IMG/VR virus record: IMGVR_UViG_3300032243_000455
Location: 509 to 64,508 of that record
Length of the DNA: 64,000 nucleotides
DNA from: a virus
Taxonomy: Duplodnaviria > Caudoviricetes
Direction: 5' to 3' (one strand)
Shown here: one piece after another, positions 55,666 to 64,000 of the stretch
How positions within the stretch are numbered: position 1 is the stretch's first letter
Layout: the number at the start of each line of letters is the position of its first letter
Position numbers and translations under genes: made by a program
Notes under the pieces: generated by a model
The model's database searches: none
What the model saw: the letters and a program-made list of their open reading frames with translations, nothing else
What the model was told of the DNA's origin: nothing

Positions 55666-58587
55666 ATGGCAGAAGTAACAGGGTTTTTTGGTGATCAACC
55701 AGTAGAGTTGAATAACGCCGCCACTGAAGCTACACTGAAACAGCTAGTCCAAGCTATGTCAATCTTGTCTGCCAAAGTTGGCGGAGCCAAATCGCCTAAA
55801 GAAATAGAAGCTGAAATGAAAAAGTTTCAGAAGGCCATGGAAAAGGCCAACAAGAATACAGAAAAACAAAATAAACTAACCGAAGAAGGCAACAAGCAGA
55901 GAGAAATAGAAACCAAAGCGATTAAGGACGCTATTGCTGCCAAGGATAAAGAAGCAGATCGGGCAGAATATATATCCAAAAAAATAGGTCAAGGATTTCA
56001 AAATCTAGAAGCTGGTATCAAGGGTGCAACCTCATCGTTCATGGGACTGCTCAGTGAGCTGTCCAACATGGGCAATGATCTAAACTCTGTTTCTGGCATA
56101 ATGAAAAAAGTTCCAATTATTGGAGGATTGCTAGGCGATACCTTTGGAGCTGTAGCTGGTGCAGCAACCAAGACATACAAGGCATTTAATACCGCAGCAT
56201 CTGTTGGGGCAAACTTTGGCGGCAGCATTGGTGAAATGCAGAGATCTGTTGCAGGAACCGGACTTACTCTGGATCAGTATACTAGTTTAATTAAAAATAA
56301 CAGTGATGCAATAGCTATGTTTGGTGGTGGCATTACTAATGGTACTAAACGTTTTACCGTGTTATCAAAACAATTAGTTGGTAGTGGCCTGGGAGATGAA
56401 CTAGCAAGACTGGGATATACTACTGAAGACATTAATGGTAGCTTGTTAAAATACGGAGCGATGCAGGCAAAAGCGTCAGGCGGCCGAGCAATGAGTGATC
56501 AAGAATTGGTCAAATCAACTGGACAATATCTAAAAGATCTAGATGCTGTTGCTAAACTTACTGGCAAAAGTAAAGAGTCTATGGAGAAAGAGCAAGAAGC
56601 TCGTCAAGCAGATGCACAATTTAGAATTTTACAAGCAAAGATAGGTAAAGAAGGTACAGATAATCTTAACATGCTAATGAATAGCATGTCTAAATCTGAA
56701 CAACAAGCAGCTCAGAGTATTCTAGCAACTGGCACATTAAACAATGAAGCAGCTCAACAGCTAATGATTACTAATCCACAAGCTGCTAAGGCATTGCTTC
56801 AAGCTAGTAAAGACATCAAACAATCAGGAACAATTACTAGAGAAGGTGCATTTAAAATTGATGATGCATTCAATGCCGGTGCAATTGCTTCTAAAAAGAA
56901 TGCTGCACAAATGGTATTGGGTACCTTTGAATCAGAAAAATACAGTGATGGTATTGTATCTAATTTAAATCGAGCTACTAAAGCTGAAACAGAAAATGCA
57001 AGTTTAAGAAAGTCAGCTGCACAAACTGAAGTAGATGCTGCTAATAAATTAGCAGACGGTCTCAAACCTGAAGTAATGAAAAACAACATGGAAAAATTAG
57101 CCACTATGTCTAATAAATTCATGGAGGTGTTAGCTAACAGTCCTATATTAGGTCAGATGTTAGATGCTTTTGGAAATGCTCTTACCACGGTTACGCCAAT
57201 ATTGTTGAATACGTTTAACTTTATTGCAGAGCATGGTAACACCTTGTTAATAGTATTTGCAGGAATTGCCACAGCATCAATGGGACTATCGTTAGCAATG
57301 AAACTGCATAGACTAGCTGTAATAGCATCTGAGATGGGAATGACAAAATTTGGTGGGTTCTTGGGCGGAGCTGCTAAAGGTGTGCTGAGATTTCTAGGAC
57401 CTATTGGCTTATTGGTCACTGCGGCTTTGCTATTATATGAAAATTTTGATGCTATCTCAAACGGATTTATGGATATCTTAGATTCTATAAGATCGTATCT
57501 ACCTGCTTGGATGGGAGGCATCAGCAAGGAAGAAGCTGAAGTTAGAAAGAGAAAACGTGCAGAAGCTCAGGCTAGCAAAGAAGTTACTGATGCCAAACAA
57601 AAAGAATCCAAATATCAAGAAACATTTGCTCCAGACTTAGCTCTTGGCAAAGTAGCTGCTCAGTTTGAATCAGGCGGAAATGCCGGTGCAGTATCGTCCG
57701 GTCACGGTGATGCTGGTGGCAAGAGTTATGGATCCTTCCAGTTATCAAGTAAAACAGGTGACGTAGATAAATTCTTGAAAAAATCTGGTTATGACAAACA
57801 GTTCCAAGGCATGCAGGTTGGCTCGGCACAGTTTGATGAACAATGGAAAAAACTTGCCAAAGAAGATAGCAAATTTGGTGAAGCTCAAGCTAATCATGCC
57901 AAATCAACTCACTATGATCCTCAGGTAGCAAAATTAAAAGAAAACGGTCTTGATCTGTCCAAAAAAGGTATTGGAGTTCAAGAAGCCATAATGTCAACTG
58001 CAAACCAATATGGTGCAAACTCCAGTGTGATTACAAATGCTCTTAAAGGCAAAGACACTGGAAAAATGTCAGACAAAGATATTATTGATGCTATACAAGA
58101 CTATAAAGCAGCATCAGTTAAGACCAATTTCAAAAGCAGCTCTGCTGCTGTGCAAGAAGGCGTGGCAAAACGTATTGAACAAGAAAGAATGGCATTATAT
58201 AAGGCAGGAGCCACAGCCGGAGCCAATGGAGTAGCTACTGCTAGTCCAACAACACCTACAACAGGTGCAACTCCGCCAGCATCGACTACTCAAACAGCAT
58301 TGACTAAACCAGCGGCAACGCCGACCAATGCCAACATGCCTGCCAATCCGGTAGACGCATTAAAACAAGGATTGGATAAATCAAATCAAGCATCACTAGG
58401 AGGGCCAACACCGGCCGGCCCCGCAAGCCAAGAAAACCCAACAACCTTGCTTTCTAGCTTAAATATGAAGATGGATCAATTGATTCGAATTCAAAGTGGC
58501 GCGAAAGAAACTGGAGAAAAACAATTAAAGAAGACTGCTAGTGGCGGTGCTAATATGGACATGTTTACCAACGTGTCTATTGTTTAA
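55666..58587 (+). CDS. Tape measure protein with C-terminal lysozyme-like (VgrG3-type) domain
   Basis: Long A/G/K-rich helical region with hydrophobic segments; then LG.VAAQFESG......S.G.GD.GG.SYG.FQL; next to the tail chaperone. Confidence 0.75.
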   Translation: MAEVTGFFGDQPVELNNAATEATLKQLVQAMSILSAKVGGAKSPKEIEAEMKKFQKAMEKANKNTEKQNKLTEEGNKQREIETKAIKDAIAAKDKEADRAEYISKKIGQGFQNLEAGIKGATSSFMGLLSELSNMGNDLNSVSGIMKKVPIIGGLLGDTFGAVAGAATKTYKAFNTAASVGANFGGSIGEMQRSVAGTGLTLDQYTSLIKNNSDAIAMFGGGITNGTKRFTVLSKQLVGSGLGDELARLGYTTEDINGSLLKYGAMQAKASGGRAMSDQELVKSTGQYLKDLDAVAKLTGKSKESMEKEQEARQADAQFRILQAKIGKEGTDNLNMLMNSMSKSEQQAAQSILATGTLNNEAAQQLMITNPQAAKALLQASKDIKQSGTITREGAFKIDDAFNAGAIASKKNAAQMVLGTFESEKYSDGIVSNLNRATKAETENASLRKSAAQTEVDAANKLADGLKPEVMKNNMEKLATMSNKFMEVLANSPILGQMLDAFGNALTTVTPILLNTFNFIAEHGNTLLIVFAGIATASMGLSLAMKLHRLAVIASEMGMTKFGGFLGGAAKGVLRFLGPIGLLVTAALLLYENFDAISNGFMDILDSIRSYLPAWMGGISKEEAEVRKRKRAEAQASKEVTDAKQKESKYQETFAPDLALGKVAAQFESGGNAGAVSSGHGDAGGKSYGSFQLSSKTGDVDKFLKKSGYDKQFQGMQVGSAQFDEQWKKLAKEDSKFGEAQANHAKSTHYDPQVAKLKENGLDLSKKGIGVQEAIMSTANQYGANSSVITNALKGKDTGKMSDKDIIDAIQDYKAASVKTNFKSSSAAVQEGVAKRIEQERMALYKAGATAGANGVATASPTTPTTGATPPASTTQTALTKPAATPTNANMPANPVDALKQGLDKSNQASLGGPTPAGPASQENPTTLLSSLNMKMDQLIRIQSGAKETGEKQLKKTASGGANMDMFTNVSIV

Positions 58588-58601
58588 TTGAATAAAAAAT
58601 T

Positions 58602-60311
58602 ATGAGCTGGAAAAAATACTTTACCCCTGTAAACGTCGGCAATCAATCCACTGGATATAGTCCAATTAGTGGTGGCGGCCGCCCAGGCCCTGCCCATGCA
58701 AACTACTCAAGCTACTTGCCTGATGTGTATGCAGGTTCCCCAAATAGACTAGAACGCTACATCCAATATGACACCATGGACAGCGACAGTGAAGTCAATG
58801 CTGCCCTAGATATCCTGGCAGAATTCTGCACACAAAAAGACAAAGAAAACAATACACCTTTTCAAATTTCTTTTAGAGGTAAGCCAACTGCTACCGAAGT
58901 TAAATTGCTAAAAGAAAGTCTACAAAAGTGGTGCAAACAGCAACAACTTGATATTAGAACTTTCCGTGTTGTCCGTAATACTTTCAAATACGGTGACTGT
59001 TTTTTCCTACGCGATCCAGAAACCAAAAAACTATTATACATTGATCCGCTTAAAGTTACCAAGATCATTGTCAACGAAAGTGACGGTAAGAAACCCGAGC
59101 AGTATGTTTTAAAAGATATCAATTTTAATTTTATAAATCTAATAGCGACCACACAGCATGGTACAAATAACACCAGTCCAAGCGGTGGCAGTAGTTATAC
59201 CAGCAGTGGTGGCTATGGCAAAGGTATGACTGGTAATGTGGCGACTTCTACAGGAACACGTTTTCAGAATCAACAAAACGAAATTACTGTAGATGCAAAA
59301 CACATTGTACACATCAGTCTAAGCGAAGGCCTAGATCAAAACTTTCCTTTTGGTAACAGCCTATTGGAAAGTGTTTTCAAAGTATACAAGCAGAAAGAAT
59401 TGCTAGAAGATGCGATCATTATCTATCGTATTCAACGTGCTCCTGAGCGTAGGATTTTCTATGTTGACGTAGGTAACATGCCAGCACACATGGCCATGGC
59501 TTTTGTTGAACGTGTTAAAAACGAAATTCAACAGCGTAGAATTCCTAGTTCTACAGGTGGCGGACAAAACATGGTTGATGCCAGTTACAATCCGCTAAGT
59601 GTTAATGAAGACTATTTCTTTCCACAGACAGCAGAAGGTCGTGGTTCAAAAGTTGAAACACTTCCAGGCGGAACTAATCTAGGTGAAATTACAGACCTAC
59701 GTTATTTTACCAACAAGCTATTCCGTGCCCTGCGAATTCCAGCAAGTTATCTGCCAACAGCAATTGACGAACAGCCTAACACGATGGCTGACGGAAAAGT
59801 AGGCACAGCATATATTCAAGAGCTACGCTTCAATGAATACTGTAAACGTCTACAAAATCTAATTACTCCAACCTTAGACTTGGAATTTAAGATTTGGATG
59901 GACTATCAAGGTGTAAACATTGACAACAGTCTATTTGAATTGAGATTTAATCAGCCACAAAACTTTGCAGCATATCGTCAGAGTGAGCTTGATACAGCTC
60001 GTGCAGCGACCTACAGCACAGTTGCAGAAATCGCACATCTTTCTAAACGTTTTGCACTAAAACGCTTCCTGGGACTAAGTGAAGAAGAGATTAAAGAAAA
60101 TGAACAACTATGGAGAGAAGAGCAAGGTGCTACGTTGAAACCAGTAGGTGATGCAGCAGCACAGATGCGAGGAGCAGGTATTACTCCTAGTGGAATCGGC
60201 GGTGAGATGGCTGGTCAAGATGCAGAAGCTCCGGATGATATGGCAGCTATGGCTCCTGCAGAAGGTGGCGTAGAAGAGCCTGCAGCCACAACTCCGCCCG
60301 CAGCCGGATAA
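58602..60311 (+). CDS. gp20: Portal protein gp20
   Basis: Y..MD.DSEV..ALD, LLEDAIIIYRIQRAPERRIFYVDVGNMP, EDYFFP...GRGSKVETLPGG. Confidence 0.95.
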   Translation: MSWKKYFTPVNVGNQSTGYSPISGGGRPGPAHANYSSYLPDVYAGSPNRLERYIQYDTMDSDSEVNAALDILAEFCTQKDKENNTPFQISFRGKPTATEVKLLKESLQKWCKQQQLDIRTFRVVRNTFKYGDCFFLRDPETKKLLYIDPLKVTKIIVNESDGKKPEQYVLKDINFNFINLIATTQHGTNNTSPSGGSSYTSSGGYGKGMTGNVATSTGTRFQNQQNEITVDAKHIVHISLSEGLDQNFPFGNSLLESVFKVYKQKELLEDAIIIYRIQRAPERRIFYVDVGNMPAHMAMAFVERVKNEIQQRRIPSSTGGGQNMVDASYNPLSVNEDYFFPQTAEGRGSKVETLPGGTNLGEITDLRYFTNKLFRALRIPASYLPTAIDEQPNTMADGKVGTAYIQELRFNEYCKRLQNLITPTLDLEFKIWMDYQGVNIDNSLFELRFNQPQNFAAYRQSELDTARAATYSTVAEIAHLSKRFALKRFLGLSEEEIKENEQLWREEQGATLKPVGDAAAQMRGAGITPSGIGGEMAGQDAEAPDDMAAMAPAEGGVEEPAATTPPAAG

Positions 60312-60313
60312 TC

Positions 60314-60320
60314 ATAAATA
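60314..60320 (+). promoter_or_regulatory. Late promoter motif ATAAATA, 4 nt before the ATG
   Basis: ATAAATA-catt-ATG. Confidence 0.55.
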
Positions 60321-60324
60321 CATT

Positions 60325-60573
60325 ATGCTCCTACGTGAATTCTTTTATTTTAACAATACCACCAATGACTTTTCAGTCGATCAACGATATGAAAGCTCTA
60401 GAGATAGCACTGTGGTTAAAAAATCAGACACACGTAAACTGCGCCTAACACTAGGACAGATCAACCAGCTGCGTATTCAAAGTGAAGCGCATGAGTTCGA
60501 AGAAGAATCCGAACGTGCTTTCATACAACAAATGTACGGAACTCCAGTTGAAGCAGAACAATCCGCAGAATGA
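60325..60573 (+). CDS. Small head-module protein (82 aa)
   Basis: ORF between the portal and the prohead core genes. Confidence 0.7.
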   Translation: MLLREFFYFNNTTNDFSVDQRYESSRDSTVVKKSDTRKLRLTLGQINQLRIQSEAHEFEEESERAFIQQMYGTPVEAEQSAE

Positions 60574-61189
60574 AACAGCTTTCGTACTAGGTAATGGCAA
60601 GAGTAGACTAAGATTAAACGCTACTTCATTGCTTGACCTAGGCACAGTCTATGCCTGTAACGCAGTATATCGAGAATTTGATCCAGACTTTTTGATAGCA
60701 GTTGACGTTAAAATGGTCAACGAAATCATCTCTTCAGGCTACCATAGGAACCACAGCGTGTGGTCAAACCCAAATAAGGGTATTAATTCTAAATCAGGAA
60801 TCAACTATTTTAATCCGCACAAGGGTTGGAGTAGCGGTCCTACAGCACTAGACTTTGCCTGTTCTCGTGGGCACAAAGACATTTATATATTTGGCTTTGA
60901 CTACGCAGGCATTGGCGGCAAATTCAACAATGTATACGCAGATACCTTTAACTACAAACGCAGTGATGATGTGGCCACATACCACGGAAATTGGCTAAGC
61001 CAAACAGAAAAAACAATAAGAGATTATAGACATACTCAATTTTATAGAGTTATAGAGCCAGGCGGATTTATACCCGACAAATTGCAAAACGAACTGCTAA
61101 ATCTTAGACATATTACGTTTGACGATTTTGCAAACATATATCCTGGTACTATATATACAGACGAAACGATTCAAAAAAGTACCATTTAA
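60548..61189 (+). CDS. CstII/Maf-like (GT42/GT29-fold) glycosyltransferase-like protein
   Basis: AFVLGNGKS...VYACNAVY and WSSG..A...A...G.K.IYIFGFDY parallel the CstII motifs IIAGNGPS, FRCNQFY and TSG...G.KEIYL.G.D; TTG start at 60548 preferred, track start 60482. Confidence 0.65.
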   Translation: MKQNNPQNETAFVLGNGKSRLRLNATSLLDLGTVYACNAVYREFDPDFLIAVDVKMVNEIISSGYHRNHSVWSNPNKGINSKSGINYFNPHKGWSSGPTALDFACSRGHKDIYIFGFDYAGIGGKFNNVYADTFNYKRSDDVATYHGNWLSQTEKTIRDYRHTQFYRVIEPGGFIPDKLQNELLNLRHITFDDFANIYPGTIYTDETIQKSTI

Positions 61190-61210
61190 CGCCTAATTGT
61201 AATCATTGTG

Positions 61211-61217
61211 TTAAATA
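61211..61217 (+). promoter_or_regulatory. Late promoter variant TTAAATA
   Basis: Intergenic, upstream of AAGGAG and ATG 61259. Confidence 0.45.
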
Positions 61218-61258
61218 AAATGTATGACAGCCTAATCATCTTTAAGGAGAATATAACC

Positions 61259-62194
61259 ATGGCAGACAAGAATTTACTAGCGCAGATGCTAGAAAACTTG
61301 GTCAATGATGACCAAGCTAAAGCAGAAGAATTATTCCACGAGTATGTAGTTTCTAAATCTCGTGAGATCTATGAAGATCTAATCGAATCAGAGCTACAAG
61401 ACGAAGAAGTTGACGAAGCTACTGACGAAGAAGATGAAGACAAAGTTGACGAAGCTTCTGAAGAAGACTCAGACGACGAAGAAGTTAAAGAATCATCTGA
61501 TGAAGAAGATGACGAAATGGAAGAAGGTTTTGAAGATGTAGCTATCGAAGCTGATGACGACATGGGTGCTGATCCTACAGATGATCTAGCTGGCGAGTTA
61601 GATGGTAAAGATAACGAAGACCTAAGTGACGAAAGCGAAGGCGAACTATTCCAAGATCTAGACGCTATTGTAGACGAACTACAAACACGTTTTGATGCAT
61701 TAAGCAGTGGCGATCACGCTGAACCAGATGCAGACAACATGGGCGGCCCAAGCGATATGGACGCTGACAACGAAGGTTTTGAATTAGCTACAGTACGTGA
61801 GTATGTAGAAAAAGTTCCAGCTGGTCACGGCGCAGAAAAGAAAGGCGCAGCAGCAGGTCAAAACGTAGGTGCTGAAACAGGTGCTAATTCACGTGATGGT
61901 GAGAAAAACACTAAATCAGTTGTAGCAGGCAAGAATGACATGGGCGGTACAACTGCTAACATTCTTTCTTCTAAAGAAGACACAGCTACATATGCTAATC
62001 AAGGTCAATTAAAAGGCAACGGTCTTACAAAAGGCAACGTTGTTCCAAACCCAGATGCTAAAGGCAACATCAATGTTCCAGGCGGTAAAGCAGGTAATGC
62101 ATTTACTACAAAACAGCCAGGACATGGTGCTGAGAAAGCTGGTTCTAAAGAAACAGCTGACAACAAGCAAAGTCTTTTCCGTGGCCGTAGATAA
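61259..62194 (+). CDS. Acidic prohead core protein (gp67/gp68-like position)
   Basis: Start moved to MADKN after AAGGAG; extremely D/E-rich; directly upstream of the protease. Confidence 0.7.
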   Translation: MADKNLLAQMLENLVNDDQAKAEELFHEYVVSKSREIYEDLIESELQDEEVDEATDEEDEDKVDEASEEDSDDEEVKESSDEEDDEMEEGFEDVAIEADDDMGADPTDDLAGELDGKDNEDLSDESEGELFQDLDAIVDELQTRFDALSSGDHAEPDADNMGGPSDMDADNEGFELATVREYVEKVPAGHGAEKKGAAAGQNVGAETGANSRDGEKNTKSVVAGKNDMGGTTANILSSKEDTATYANQGQLKGNGLTKGNVVPNPDAKGNINVPGGKAGNAFTTKQPGHGAEKAGSKETADNKQSLFRGRR

Positions 62195-62206
62195 TAGGAC
62201 GAAAAG

Positions 62207-62839
62207 GTGAAAAAACTTACCCTAGCAGAACATTTGAGTTACGATCAGGCTAAGATTGTCTTGGAGAGCGAGGAAGGTGCGGACGGCAAGAAGTCGCTGC
62301 ATTTAAACGGTATTTGCATTCAAGGAGACATCCGCAATGCAAATCAACGTGTTTATTCTTCTCAAGAAATTGGCAGGGCTGTCAAAACGCTCAACGAGCA
62401 GATCGCTGGTGGGTACTCAGTACTAGGTGAAGTTGATCATCCAGAAGATTTACGAATCAATTTGGACAGAGTCAGTCACATGATTACAAAAATGTGGATG
62501 GACGGTCCAAACGGTTACGGAAAACTTAAACTACTTCCAACTCCAATGGGTCAGTTAATTCAGACCATGTTGGAGTCGGGAGTCAAGTTGGGAGTAAGTA
62601 GTAGAGGTTCAGGAGAAGTGGACGGGCAAGGTAATGTTCAAGGTTTTGAAATTATCACTGTTGACGTTGTAGCTCAACCAAGCGCCCCGGGAGCCTACCC
62701 AACCCCAGTATATGAACACTTGATGAATAATACAGGTGGATATCAGGCATTTAGAATAGCAAAAGAAGTTCAAGGCGATCCAAAGGCACAGCAGTACATA
62801 GCAGAGAGCTTGGTGAAAATCATCAAGGGTCTCAGATAA
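62207..62839 (+). CDS. gp21: Prohead protease gp21
   Basis: G..IQG..RN.N.RVY, LGEVDHP, LGVSSRGSG, DVVAQPSAPGAY. Confidence 0.95.
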   Translation: MKKLTLAEHLSYDQAKIVLESEEGADGKKSLHLNGICIQGDIRNANQRVYSSQEIGRAVKTLNEQIAGGYSVLGEVDHPEDLRINLDRVSHMITKMWMDGPNGYGKLKLLPTPMGQLIQTMLESGVKLGVSSRGSGEVDGQGNVQGFEIITVDVVAQPSAPGAYPTPVYEHLMNNTGGYQAFRIAKEVQGDPKAQQYIAESLVKIIKGLR

Positions 62840-62856
62840 CCAAGTAGGAGAATCAC

Positions 62857-63948
62857 ATGCTAGATATCGTAAAACAATTGTTTGAGAACAATGTGATTTC
62901 CGAAGAAATCAAATCGGAAATTGAATCAGCTTGGGAAAGCAGAATTCAAGAAAGTCGTGATCAAATCACTGCTACACTACGTGAAGAATTTGCTCAGAAA
63001 TATGAGCACGATAAAGGCGCAATGGTAGAAGCTGTAGAAGGAATGTTAGCAGATCGCTTACAAGCAGAACTAACAGAATTCGCAGAAGACCGCCAAGGCC
63101 TAATCGAAGCAAAAGCAAAATACGCAAAGAAAATGAAAAAAGATACCGAAGCAATGGAATCTTTTATCATGAATAACTTGGGTAGAGAGCTTGCTGAACT
63201 ACACGAAGATCGTAAAGCAGTAGCAGGTAACGTAGCAAAATTAGAATCTTTTATTGTGGATGCACTAGCGAAAGAAATCGCAGAATTCCACGCTGACAAG
63301 AAAGATTTAGCAGAAACTAAAGTGCGTCTAGTACGTGATAGTAAAGCTAAGTTTGAGCAAGTTAAAAGAGATTTCATCAGCAAATCAGCTAAAATCATCG
63401 AAGAAACAGTCTCCAAAGGACTACGCTCTGAAATGACTCAGTTGAAAGAAGATATTAATGCTGCTCGTAGAAATGATTTTGGTCGCAAGATTTTTGAAAG
63501 CTTCGCAAGCGAATTTGCTGCAAGTCATCTAAATGAAAAATCTGAAACAGCAAAACTATTAAAAGTAGTTGCGCAGAAAGAAATGGAATTAGAAGAAGCA
63601 GCTAAAATTGTTGCAGACACAGAAAAACTAGTAGAAAGCAAAAATGCTGAACTACGCATCGCTAGAGACATGAGCACACGCAAGGAAGTTATGAATGAAT
63701 TGCTAGGTCCATTGTCTGGTGATAAGCGTTCAGTAATGGGCGAGCTATTAGAATCAGTTCAAACTGAAAAGCTCCGTGCAGCTTTTGACAAGTATATCCC
63801 TTCAGTAATGAATGGTGGTACACCGGCCAAGAAAGCACTAACAGAGGCTAAAGAAATAACAGGCGACAAACAGGCACAATCTATCAGCGGCGAAGAAAGA
63901 ACCGCTGAGATTTTTGACATCCGCAGGCTTGCGGGACTAAAAGTTTAA
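62857..63948 (+). CDS. gp22: Prohead scaffold gp22
   Basis: Long acidic coiled coil between the protease and capsid genes. Confidence 0.85.
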   Translation: MLDIVKQLFENNVISEEIKSEIESAWESRIQESRDQITATLREEFAQKYEHDKGAMVEAVEGMLADRLQAELTEFAEDRQGLIEAKAKYAKKMKKDTEAMESFIMNNLGRELAELHEDRKAVAGNVAKLESFIVDALAKEIAEFHADKKDLAETKVRLVRDSKAKFEQVKRDFISKSAKIIEETVSKGLRSEMTQLKEDINAARRNDFGRKIFESFASEFAASHLNEKSETAKLLKVVAQKEMELEEAAKIVADTEKLVESKNAELRIARDMSTRKEVMNELLGPLSGDKRSVMGELLESVQTEKLRAAFDKYIPSVMNGGTPAKKALTEAKEITGDKQAQSISGEERTAEIFDIRRLAGLKV

Positions 63949-63959
63949 GGAGAACTATA

Positions 63960-64000
63960 ATGTCACAATTACTCGAGTCACGCTGGTCGGAAACCAAAGA
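63960..64000 (+). CDS. gp23: Major capsid protein gp23, first 13 codons (truncated by the window edge)
   Basis: AAGGAG then MSQLLESRWSETK, right after the scaffold; inferred from synteny and the LLE..W start. Confidence 0.7.
   Translation, partial: MSQLLESRWSETK

Noticed and set aside
61208-61258. Tracked start MLNKMYD for the prohead core gene
   Set aside because: This stretch contains the promoter motif and the AAGGAG of the downstream ATG 61259
63921-63934. Hairpin CCGCA-GGCT-TGCGG just upstream of the capsid RBS
   Set aside because: It lies in codons for the IRRLAGL C-terminal scaffold motif and has no U-tract, so it may be coincidental
1-64000. Stop-codon reassignment, as seen in some jumbo phages
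   Set aside because: Conserved genes and a 14.4-kb ORF are intact in the standard code, and TAA, TAG and TGA all occur as true stops
1-64000. tRNA/tmRNA genes, reverse transcriptase/DGR, inteins, transposases
   Set aside because: No cloverleaf or T-loop pattern, YxDD RT motif, or intein C1/HN signature was recognised by eye; tRNAscan and HMM searches would be needed to exclude them formally

Overview
This window is the morphogenesis core of a large, AT-rich, T4-superfamily myophage (standard genetic code). From left to right it holds: (i) a + strand run of small hypothetical genes; (ii) an 11-kb translationally coupled minus-strand operon with four radical-SAM enzymes, an SGNH-fold protein and four glycosyltransferase-like proteins, directly downstream of (iii) tail-fibre and baseplate genes, namely four paralogous fibres, a 4787-aa giant wedge/adhesin and gp6-, gp25-, gp5-, hub-, gp53- and gp48/54-like genes; (iv) gp55 late sigma factor, gp47 and gp46 (Mre11/Rad50), an Hc1-like protein and a stand-alone GIY-YIG nuclease, followed by about 460 nt of non-coding DNA that folds extensively with + strand G.U pairs (candidate large ncRNA); (v) a gp26-like tail chaperone whose gp51-like partner has no start codon at its 5' end and lies in the -1 frame behind a canonical slippery site; (vi) a tape measure with a lysozyme-like domain, portal, a CstII-like glycosyltransferase inside the head module, prohead core, protease, scaffold and the first codons of the major capsid gene. 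A recurrent ATAAATA motif marks late promoters. The top leads are the GIY-YIG plus structured RNA unit, the late radical-SAM/glycosyltransferase (virion glycosylation?) system and the -1 frameshift. All family assignments come from motif recognition by eye; no database search was run.
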